This document shows positions 51,715 to 59,228 of a DNA stretch of 64,000 nt, piece after piece (positions within the stretch are counted from its first letter, which is position 1; every line of letters begins with the position of its first letter). The stretch is from an uncultured Gemmatimonadales bacterium (lineage in GTDB: Bacteria > Gemmatimonadota > Gemmatimonadetes > Gemmatimonadales > GWC2-71-9), in assembly GCA_963771275.1 (NCBI GenBank), contig CAVYSW010000003.1, positions 64,001 through 128,000 on the forward strand, read 5' to 3'. The notes under the pieces are model-generated. The model worked only from the letters and a program-made list of their open reading frames with translations. It made no database searches and was not told the origin of the DNA. Position numbers and translations under genes: made by a program.

Positions 51715-53357
51715 ACATCTACCTCGACGTCGTCTCGCCGGCGGCGAAAGAGGCCGGCGACTACGCCAGCGTCTACGACCTGGAGAACCACGGCCTCACG
51801 AATCTCCGGCGGGTCTACTGGAACCTCCCGACCCCCGCGCTCTACGAGGAGGTCGTGTTCCGCTCGGAGGGCCGGCTCTCCCACCTGGGCCCGATCGTCG
51901 TCAGCACCGGGAAGCACACCGCGCGCGCCGCGGCCGACAAGTTCGTGGTGCGCGAGCAGACCACCGAGCAGCACGTCTGGTGGGGCCAGTACAACCGGCC
52001 GTTCACCGAGGAGAGCTTCAGCGCGCTGCACGCCCGCCTGGTGGGCTACCTCCAGGGACGCGACGTGTTCGTGCAGGACTGCTACGCCGGCTCCGACCCC
52101 GAGTACCGGCTGCCGATCCGCATCATCGCCACCCGGGCGTGGCACGGACTGTTCGCGCGCACGATGTTCCAGCGCATCCGGAACCTCGACCAGCTGAAGA
52201 AGCACGTCCCGGAATTCACCGTCATCGCGGCGCCCTCGTTCATGGCGTCCCCGATGATCGACGGCACGCGGACCGAGACGTTCATCATCATCAACTTCCG
52301 GGAGCGGCTGGCCATCATTGGCGGATCGGCGTACGGCGGCGAGATCAAGAAGACGATCTTCACCGTGCTCAACTTCCTGCTGCCGCTCCAGAGCGTGCTG
52401 CCGATGCATTGCTCCGCCAACGTCGGCGCCGGCGGCGACGTCGCCCTGTTCTTCGGCCTCTCCGGCACCGGCAAGACCACCCTCTCGGCGGACCCCAAGC
52501 GCGGGTTGATCGGCGACGACGAGCACGGCTGGAGCGACAACGGCGTGTTCAACTTCGAGGATGGCTGCTATGCCAAGGTGATCCGGCTGTCGCCCACGGC
52601 GGAGCCGCAGATCTTCGCCTGCACGCGCCGCTTCGGCACCATCATCGAGAACGTCGTGATGGATCCCCTGTCGCGGCGGCTCGACCTGGACGACGACATC
52701 ATCACCGAGAACACCCGCGCGGCCTATCCGCTCGACTACATCGAGAACGCGGTGCCCGAGCGGCGGGCCGGCCATCCCAAGAACGTCATCTTCCTCACGT
52801 GCGACGCGACCGGCGTGATGCCGCCGATCGCGAAGCTCACGCCCGACCAGGCGATCTACCACTTCATCTCCGGCTACACCAGCAAGATCGCGGGCACGGA
52901 GGTGGGCCTCGGCATCGAGCCCGAGATCACGTTCAGCACCTGCTTCGGCGGCCCGTTCATGGTGCACCACCCGTACAAGTACGCCGAGCTCCTGAAGGCG
53001 CGGATGGTCAAGCACGGCGTGGACTGCTGGCTGGTGAACACCGGCTGGACGGGCGGCCCGTTCGGCGTGGGCAAGCGCTTCAGCATTCACCACACGCGGG
53101 CGCTGCTCAACGCCGCGCTCGAGGGCAAGCTGGCCAAGGTGCCGTACAAGCAGGACCCGGTGTTCGGCTTCGCGGTCCCGGCGACCTGCGAGGGCGTCCC
53201 GGACTCGATCCTCGATCCGGCCAACACGTGGGGCAGCCGGGACGAGTACTTCCGCAAGTACGACGCGCTGGCGGCGCGGTTCATCGAGAACTTCAAGCTG
53301 TTCAAGGACGGGTGCCCGGAGCACGTGATCCAGGCCGGCCCCAAGCGGTTGAAGTAA
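51711..53357 (+). CDS. pckA: phosphoenolpyruvate carboxykinase (ATP)
   Basis: YGGEIKK, MHCSAN, GLSGTGKTTLS, LIGDDEHGW, ENTRAAYP, LVNTGW. Confidence 0.97.
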   Translation: MNIYLDVVSPAAKEAGDYASVYDLENHGLTNLRRVYWNLPTPALYEEVVFRSEGRLSHLGPIVVSTGKHTARAAADKFVVREQTTEQHVWWGQYNRPFTEESFSALHARLVGYLQGRDVFVQDCYAGSDPEYRLPIRIIATRAWHGLFARTMFQRIRNLDQLKKHVPEFTVIAAPSFMASPMIDGTRTETFIIINFRERLAIIGGSAYGGEIKKTIFTVLNFLLPLQSVLPMHCSANVGAGGDVALFFGLSGTGKTTLSADPKRGLIGDDEHGWSDNGVFNFEDGCYAKVIRLSPTAEPQIFACTRRFGTIIENVVMDPLSRRLDLDDDIITENTRAAYPLDYIENAVPERRAGHPKNVIFLTCDATGVMPPIAKLTPDQAIYHFISGYTSKIAGTEVGLGIEPEITFSTCFGGPFMVHHPYKYAELLKARMVKHGVDCWLVNTGWTGGPFGVGKRFSIHHTRALLNAALEGKLAKVPYKQDPVFGFAVPATCEGVPDSILDPANTWGSRDEYFRKYDALAARFIENFKLFKDGCPEHVIQAGPKRLK

Positions 53358-53371
53358 GCATCCCGTCACAA

Positions 53372-53449
53372 TACGAACGAGCCGGACGGTGATAACGCCG
53401 CCCGGCTCGTCTTGCGCAGCAAAACTGGCTGCGGACTCGCACCCTGTGG
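53372..53449 (-). ncRNA. predicted anti-tRNA small RNA
   Basis: Own promoter; 5' CCACAGGGUGCGAG is complementary to the adjacent tRNA anticodon arm; hairpin CGCAGC-CAGUUUU-GCUGCG carries the complement of its D-loop; ends in a terminator-like hairpin. Confidence 0.7.
53377..53410. terminator. hairpin, likely bidirectional terminator (pckA and the minus-strand sRNA)
   Basis: ACGAGCCGG (53377-53385) / CCGGCTCGT (53402-53410). Confidence 0.7.
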
Positions 53450-53453
53450 CACG

Positions 53454-53482
53454 ATGATAGGAAGAACGTAGTGCGACGTCAA
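53454..53482 (-). promoter_or_regulatory. sigma-70 promoter for the anti-tRNA sRNA
   Basis: TTGACG (53482-53477), 17-nt spacer, TATCAT (53459-53454). Confidence 0.8.
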
Positions 53483-53493
53483 CAGCACGGCGG

Positions 53494-53577
53494 TGCTGGC
53501 GGTGGGATTCGAACCCACAAGAGCCGAAGCTCCACAGGGTGCGAGCCTGTTGCGTTTGCCAGTTTCGCCACGCCAGC
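53494..53577 (-). tRNA. class II tRNA with tRNA-Leu-like body and CGC (Ala) anticodon
   Basis: GCTGGCG TG GCG AAACTGGCAAA CGC A ACAGG CT-CGC-AC CCTGT G GAGC TTCG GCTC TT GTGGG TTCGAAT CCCAC CGCCAGC A; all stems pair. Confidence 0.93.
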
Positions 53578-53855
53578 ACCTCCACAGCGGCGAGCCACTG
53601 ACAACCCGAAGGCGAGAGACGGAGTACTCGCACCCGTTCCGTGCCGCGCGTCAAGATTGTGCGCTTTGGCCATGATCAGGGTTACCGATTCCTCGCCGAG
53701 ATGACCCGGATCGCGCCGGCGGGCAGGGCCGCCCCGGACCTTCGGGGCTGCCTCCAACCGTCCCGGCCTCCTACCTTTCCCGGCGAGTCGCACCATCGCT
53801 GCACGCGCACCCACGGAGGCTCGGTGACCGCCCGGTCCTTCCGCACGCTCCCGCC

Positions 53856-56012
53856 ATGAGAATCGGCGCCTACGACCCCAGCGCCTGGGCCGGTCTGGTG
53901 TTCTCGGACCAGCCCGGCCGCGGGTTCGCGCTGCGCTGGGCTATCGAGCGGGACGGCGAGCGGGCGGACGGCGCGGATCTGCTGTTCCTGGTGCACGACG
54001 CGGGCCCGCACGACCCCGACGGCGGGTACGCGCGGGTCGAGTTCGACACGTCGCTCCCGTTCGGCAAGGGTGACGACACGCCGCTCGTCAGGAAGTCCCG
54101 CCGCACCGCCGGCCTCACCGTCGAGTGGTCGCGAACGGAGGAGGGCGCCCTCCTCCGCGCGACGGTGGCGTTCCGTGGCGTGCTCGAGCTGAGAGGCTAC
54201 TTCCCGTGGGACTGGGCCGGGCACTGGACCGCGGAGGCCACCGGCATGGCGGCCACCACCGCCGACGGCGGGCTCCGCTGCCGCGTGCGCACCGACCGCG
54301 CGGGCTCGGCCGCCGTGACGGAGCGCGGCGAGGCGGTGCTGCGGTTCGCCGTCTCCCCCGGCGACGCGGTGTACGTCACCGCCGCCGTGGGGGACGACGC
54401 GCCGCCGGCGTACGGGGCGGCGATCGCCGGCACGCTGCTCGACGGGGCGGAAGCCTACGCCGCGCGGCGCGTCGCGGCGGAGGGCGTCTGGGAGGGCCTC
54501 CCGGACTCCATCGCGAACAACATCCATTGGATGGTGTGCCTCCAGCCCGAAACGGGACGGCTGTACACGCCCGCGGGCCGGCGCTGGATCTTCCCTGCCT
54601 CCGCCCCCGGCGGCCGCGACCACTGGACCATCTTCGAGTGGGACTCGTTCTTCAACGCGCTCGAGCTGGGAGTCGAGAGCGAAGCGCTTGCCGTCTCCAC
54701 GCTCGAAGCCGTGCTCGCGACCCAATTCGACAACGGCAACATCCCAAACTGGCGCGGCCGGTTCTGGGGCCCGATGGACCGCTCGCAGCCGCCGGTGGGC
54801 GCGTTCTGCGTGCTGAAGCACTATCTCCGGTTCGGCGACCCGGCCGTGCTGGAACACGCGTTCCCCTACCTCGAGCGCTGGTCGGCCTGGTGGACGGCGC
54901 CCAAGGCCGGCAAGCCCCGGCGCGACGGCAACGCCAACGGCCTGTGCGAGTGGGGCTCGGACGTCGGCCTGGTCCGGCCGTCACCCGCCTCGTGGGAGAA
55001 CGGCACGACCGGGCATCAGCGCGCGGCCTGGGAGTCGGGCGAGGACGATCTCCCCAACTGGGACGACGGCGGCTGGAACGACGCGACGGAGACGATGGAG
55101 CTGGACGCGGTGGACTTGAACAGCTTCCTGGCGCTCGATCACGAATGTCTCGCCACCATCGCCCGGCGGCTCGGGCTCGCGGACCGGGCCGCGTTTCATC
55201 AGGAGCGCGCCACCGCCGTCCGCACCGCGATGAACGACGTCCTGTGGGACGACGGGCGCGGGCTCTATCTCGACCGCCACTGGGACGGCCGCCGCTCGGC
55301 CAGGCTCGCGGCGGCGAACTTCCTGCCGCTGATCGCCGGAGTCCCGAGCCCGGCCCAAGCCGAGCGGATGCTGGCAACCCTGCTCGACCCGGCGCGGCTC
55401 TGGGGGCCTTATGTCGTGCCCACCATCAGCCGGGACGACCCGGCGTTCAAGGACCAGCAGTACTGGCGCGGCACGATCTGGCCGCCCACCAACTACCTGC
55501 TCTATCAGGGGCTGCGCCGCTACGGCTTCGATCAGGCCGCGTCCGAGCTGGCTCAGCGCAGTGTGGATCTATTCCTCGGCACGTGGCGGACGTATCGCCT
55601 GTGCCGCGAGAACTACGACGCGCGCACCGGCGCGGGCGGCGGGCACCGCTACCAGAGCTGGGGACCGCTGTTCGCGCTGATCGGGATCGAGGAGTTTCTC
55701 GACGTGACGCCGTGGGACGGCCTCCGCATCGGCGCGCCCGCGGCACCGGGGCGCACCGTGCTGCGCCGGCTCCGCGCCCGGGGACACGCGTGGACCGTGA
55801 CGCTGGCCCCCGACGGGATGCGCGTCGAGATGGACGGCTCGCTGCTGTTCGAGAGCGACCGCCTGGTCGTGGCGCGTCAGGTCGAGGTGACGGCGGACGA
55901 GCTACGTGCCGAAGTGACGGCGAGCGTCGAGACGACGTTCCGAGCCGCCGGGGGGAGTCGCACGCTGAAGGCCGGCGAGCAGCACGTGGTCCTGCCGCGC
56001 CGGCCCGCGTGA
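53856..56012 (+). CDS. GH63/MGH1-like glycoside hydrolase
   Basis: FEWDSFF, RSQPP, RDGNANGL.EWG, WESGEDD, YWRGTIWPP.NY, ENY. Confidence 0.88.
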   Translation: MRIGAYDPSAWAGLVFSDQPGRGFALRWAIERDGERADGADLLFLVHDAGPHDPDGGYARVEFDTSLPFGKGDDTPLVRKSRRTAGLTVEWSRTEEGALLRATVAFRGVLELRGYFPWDWAGHWTAEATGMAATTADGGLRCRVRTDRAGSAAVTERGEAVLRFAVSPGDAVYVTAAVGDDAPPAYGAAIAGTLLDGAEAYAARRVAAEGVWEGLPDSIANNIHWMVCLQPETGRLYTPAGRRWIFPASAPGGRDHWTIFEWDSFFNALELGVESEALAVSTLEAVLATQFDNGNIPNWRGRFWGPMDRSQPPVGAFCVLKHYLRFGDPAVLEHAFPYLERWSAWWTAPKAGKPRRDGNANGLCEWGSDVGLVRPSPASWENGTTGHQRAAWESGEDDLPNWDDGGWNDATETMELDAVDLNSFLALDHECLATIARRLGLADRAAFHQERATAVRTAMNDVLWDDGRGLYLDRHWDGRRSARLAAANFLPLIAGVPSPAQAERMLATLLDPARLWGPYVVPTISRDDPAFKDQQYWRGTIWPPTNYLLYQGLRRYGFDQAASELAQRSVDLFLGTWRTYRLCRENYDARTGAGGGHRYQSWGPLFALIGIEEFLDVTPWDGLRIGAPAAPGRTVLRRLRARGHAWTVTLAPDGMRVEMDGSLLFESDRLVVARQVEVTADELRAEVTASVETTFRAAGGSRTLKAGEQHVVLPRRPA

Positions 56013-56018
56013 TTCTGC

Positions 56019-56405
56019 CTACCAGACGATCCTGATCCCGGAGTCCTCGAACGCCGGGTCGTTGGTCACGAGCGGCGCTCCCTCGAGCCGGCTTTGCGCC
56101 ACCAGCATCCGGTCGAACGGATCGCGATGATGGACGGGAAGCAGCCCCGCTTCGACTCCGTGCGCCACCGTCACGGGCAGCTCCACGAAGCCTCGTTCCA
56201 GCAGGATGGCCGGCAGCCGCGGCACGGCTCTGTCAGGATCGCTCAGCTTGCCCAGCCGCAGCTTGGTCGCCATCTCCCATCCGGACGCGCCGCTCACCAG
56301 CACGGTGCTTCCGGGATCCGCAATGATCTTCCGCGCCCGGCGTGACAAACGCCGGTCGTCCGCAAGCCACCAGAGCAGGGCGTGCGTGTCGAGCAGGACT
56401 TTCAC
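56019..56405 (-). CDS. VapC family PIN toxin
   Basis: LLDTHALLW, SGWEMATK, HRDPFDRMLVAQ, LVTND. Confidence 0.93.
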   Translation of the reverse strand: MKVLLDTHALLWWLADDRRLSRRARKIIADPGSTVLVSGASGWEMATKLRLGKLSDPDRAVPRLPAILLERGFVELPVTVAHGVEAGLLPVHHRDPFDRMLVAQSRLEGAPLVTNDPAFEDSGIRIVW

Positions 56406-56629
56406 CGCTCCCAGGCCTCCCGCTCTTCGTCGGGCAGCGGCTCGAAGAACTCCTTGCCGAGCGTGAAGTGGAGGCCACCGGGCGCGCGAGGTTGGCCGTG
56501 CTCAAGCGGTACCAGTTTCGCCACCGGCTTCCCGGCCCTGGCGAGCGTGATCTCGGCGCCGCGGCGTACCCGCTCCAGCAGTCTGGACAGATGGGTTTTG
56601 GCGTCGTGCACGTTGACGATCTCGGCCAC
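56402..56629 (-). CDS. Phd/YefM family antitoxin
   Basis: VNVHDAKTHLSRLLERV..GKPVAKLVP. Confidence 0.93.
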   Translation of the reverse strand: MAEIVNVHDAKTHLSRLLERVRRGAEITLARAGKPVAKLVPLEHGQPRAPGGLHFTLGKEFFEPLPDEEREAWER

Positions 56630-56656
56630 CGGTTACCTCGCGGCGAAGTGCACTGC

Positions 56657-56685
56657 AAGATGACTTAGTCCACTTACTTAGTCAA
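56657..56685 (-). promoter_or_regulatory. sigma-70 promoter and operator of phd-vapC
   Basis: TTGACT-17-CATCTT overlapped by two GACTAAGT repeats. Confidence 0.7.
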
Positions 56686-56886
56686 CAACGACAGCGGGAC
56701 GGTCAGGCCGACGGGATCGCCCGGCCGGCCTCGCAAGCGAAACGTCGGATCACGCAGGCGCGGTGGGTAGCCGACACCACTCGGGTCGGAGCCGAACGAC
56801 GCGGGCAGGGAAAACCTGAACGCCAGCCCTACCGCCCCACCCCCGCCCAACCAACCTTTCCGGCATCCCGCGGCACTAAGGATCGC

Positions 56887-57447
56887 ATGCACCACGAGCC
56901 GGCCGGCGCGAGCGACCAGGATCTGGCGTCCAAGGTCCTGAACGAGGGGGACGAGCGCGCGTTCCGCACGCTGTACCGCCGTCACACGCCGTACCTCTAC
57001 CAGTTCGCGCTGCGTACCCTGGGCGGCGACGAGCAGGAGGCCGAGGACGTGGTCCAGGAAACGTGGATTCGCGGGGTCGAGCAGCTCGAGACGTTCCGCT
57101 GGGACGCGGGGCTCCGGACCTGGCTCGCGGCGATCGCACTCAACGTCTGCCGGGGCCGGTTCCGGCGGAAGGACGCCGCGTGGCTCGAGCTCACGGAGGA
57201 GATGATGGACGGACGAACGGCGCCGAGCCCGGATGCGAAGATCGACCTCGAGCAGGCGCTGGCGCTGCTGCCGGCGGGATATCGCACCGTCGTCCTGCTG
57301 CACGATCTCGAGGGGTACCGGCACGAGGACATCGCCCGCGCGCTCGGTACCACGGTGGGCACGTCGAAGAGTCAGCTGTTTCACGGGCGGCGGGCGCTGC
57401 GCCGGCTGCTCGGCAGTGAACGGCAGAGCGAGGCATCGGCATCATGA
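56887..57447 (+). CDS. ECF RNA polymerase sigma factor
   Basis: AEDVVQETW, TWL..IALN, HDLEGYRHEDIA..GTSKSQL. Confidence 0.93.
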   Translation: MHHEPAGASDQDLASKVLNEGDERAFRTLYRRHTPYLYQFALRTLGGDEQEAEDVVQETWIRGVEQLETFRWDAGLRTWLAAIALNVCRGRFRRKDAAWLELTEEMMDGRTAPSPDAKIDLEQALALLPAGYRTVVLLHDLEGYRHEDIARALGTTVGTSKSQLFHGRRALRRLLGSERQSEASAS

Positions 57448-57980
57448 CAGACCACAACGATCTGACCCCGAAAGAGCAGGCGGAGCTGGCGGCGCTGCCG
57501 CGCGAGCGGGCGACCGGGCGCCTGCTGGAGGAGCGCACCGTCAAGGCGCTCCGCGCGCGCGGCCTGCTGCGCGAGCGGCACCGCCGCGCGAGCTGGCTGG
57601 TCGCCGGACTGGCGGCGTCGGTCGCATTGTTCGCCGGCGGGTTTGCCGCGGGCCAGTGGACCGCCACGCGCGAGGTGACGACGTCATTCGCGGCGGCGCA
57701 CGAGCAGACGGCGATGCACGCCGCCCAGGCGGTGCAGCAGACGGGCTCTGCCTACGTCGCGGCGCTGATGGCGCTCGGGCGCTTCACCGACAGCACCAAG
57801 AGCCCGGGCGTCGTGGAAGGCCGCGAGGCCGCCGCGGCGGCGCTCTACGCGGCCGCGTCCGAGCTCGCCCGGCTCGCGCCAGACAGCCCGATCGCACGCG
57901 CCATCGCGAGCGTCCTGGCCGACACCGATCCACAGCTGCGCGGCGAACCCGCCCGCGCCCGGAACGTCGTGTGGTTCTGA
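57444..57980 (+). CDS. putative anti-sigma factor (single TM)
   Basis: ATGA overlap with the ECF gene; short N-terminus, one TM, extracytoplasmic tail. Confidence 0.6.
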   Translation: MTDHNDLTPKEQAELAALPRERATGRLLEERTVKALRARGLLRERHRRASWLVAGLAASVALFAGGFAAGQWTATREVTTSFAAAHEQTAMHAAQAVQQTGSAYVAALMALGRFTDSTKSPGVVEGREAAAAALYAAASELARLAPDSPIARAIASVLADTDPQLRGEPARARNVVWF

Positions 57981-58004
57981 CGACGAATAGAGGAGAACGT
58001 CACC

Positions 58005-59129
58005 ATGCGTAGCAACAGAGTGCTCGTCGCCCTCGCCCTCCTCGGTGGCGCCACCGGGACCCTCGTGGCGCAGCGGCCTCCCGTCGCGGCCGAGCGCCCG
58101 ACGGCGCGGGAGTGCCCCGACGGGACCCGGGCCGTGGGTGACCTCGGCTACACGGGGCTGTCGTGCAACTGCACGCTCTATCTCAACGAGCGCGCCCCCG
58201 ACCGCTCGCGCTGGCAGTTCAACTCGGAGCCCACGATCGAGGCGATTCGGCGCGGCGGCCCCGCCGACGGCAAGCTCGAGCCGGGCGACGTGGTGGTGGC
58301 GATCGACGGCCGACTGATCACCACCCGCGAGGCGGGGCGCCGGTTCGCGCAGCTGACCGCCGGTGAGCCGGTGACGCTCACCGTCCGTCGCGCCGGCCGC
58401 GAGCTCACCGTCGAGATCGTGCCCGACGTCACCTGCCCGAGCGTGGACGTCACCGCCACCGGCGTGGAGGTGGCTCCCACGCCCGCGCCCCCACCCGCCG
58501 CGCGCCCGCCTCGCGCGGCGCCGCCATCCCGCGCTCCGCGCGTGGTGACCCTGCCCCCCAGCCCGCCGGAGGCCCCCACGCCGGCCATCGCCCCGCTGCC
58601 GCCCGTCGCCGATCTCATGCCGGAGGGGTGGTTCGGCTTCAGCATCCGGTGCTCCGAGTGCGGCATCTCGCAGAGCGATCGCGACAGCACGCCGGTCTGG
58701 GATTTCTCGAGTCCGCCCACCGTCGAGAGCGTGGAGCCCGGGAGTCCCGCCGATCGCGCTGGGATCCGGGAAGGCGACCGCATCACGCACATCGATGGAC
58801 GAGCGATCACCACCGCGGAGGCCGGCGCGCGGTTTGGCGGCGTCCAGCCGGGTCAGTCGGTGACGTTCGGGATCCGGCGAGACGGCGTGACCAGGGACGT
58901 TTCCGTTACGGCAGGCAAGCGCGTCGAGCAGCCGGCGCGCGCGCGCACGCCCCGCCCGGCACGCCCTCCCCGCGCGCAGCCCGGTCCCGAAGCGCGACGC
59001 TTCTCCGGCGTGATCGGTGACGCGCTGGTCGAGGTGACGGGTGGCCCGATCACGGTGCAGCGCACCGAGGACGAGATCGTGATCCGGAGCGCCGACATCA
59101 CGGTCCGGATCAAGCGAACGGACCGGTAA
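58005..59129 (+). CDS. secreted protein with two PDZ domains
   Basis: Signal peptide; GGPADGKLEPGDVVVAIDG and GSPADRAGIREGDRITHIDG separated by a Pro-rich linker. Confidence 0.85.
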   Translation: MRSNRVLVALALLGGATGTLVAQRPPVAAERPTARECPDGTRAVGDLGYTGLSCNCTLYLNERAPDRSRWQFNSEPTIEAIRRGGPADGKLEPGDVVVAIDGRLITTREAGRRFAQLTAGEPVTLTVRRAGRELTVEIVPDVTCPSVDVTATGVEVAPTPAPPPAARPPRAAPPSRAPRVVTLPPSPPEAPTPAIAPLPPVADLMPEGWFGFSIRCSECGISQSDRDSTPVWDFSSPPTVESVEPGSPADRAGIREGDRITHIDGRAITTAEAGARFGGVQPGQSVTFGIRRDGVTRDVSVTAGKRVEQPARARTPRPARPPRAQPGPEARRFSGVIGDALVEVTGGPITVQRTEDEIVIRSADITVRIKRTDR

Positions 59130-59146
59130 CCTCCACCCGCAAAAGC

Positions 59147-59177
59147 TGAGAGCCGGCCCCTCGGGACCGGCTCTCGG
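59147..59177. terminator. hairpin between convergent genes
   Basis: GAGAGCCGG...CCGGCTCTC. Confidence 0.6.
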
Positions 59178-59178
59178 C

Positions 59179-59227
59179 GCTATCGGCTATCGGCCATCGG
59201 CCATCGGCCATCGGCTATCGGCTATCG
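59179..59227 (+). repeat. heptamer tandem repeat (GCYATCG)x7
   Basis: Seven contiguous gctatcg/gccatcg units. Confidence 0.9.
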
Positions 59228-59228
59228 G

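Noticed and set aside
53436..53545. Partial tRNA copy as an integration (att) site
   Set aside because: The copy is inverted, matches the anticodon and D-arms rather than the 3' end, and no integrase is present in the window.
53494..53577. Ordinary tRNA-Ala(CGC), tRNA-Ser, tRNA-Sec or allo-tRNA
   Set aside because: It has no G3:U70 and has a long variable arm (not Ala), A73 rather than G73 (not Ser or Sec), and a standard 7/5 stem layout (not Sec or allo-tRNA).
53620..53654. TTGACG as the -35 box of the tRNA promoter
   Set aside because: There is no -10-like hexamer at 16-18 nt spacing, so the tRNA promoter is left unassigned.
59179..59227. CRISPR array
   Set aside because: The repeats are contiguous 7-mers with no spacers, and no cas genes are in the window.
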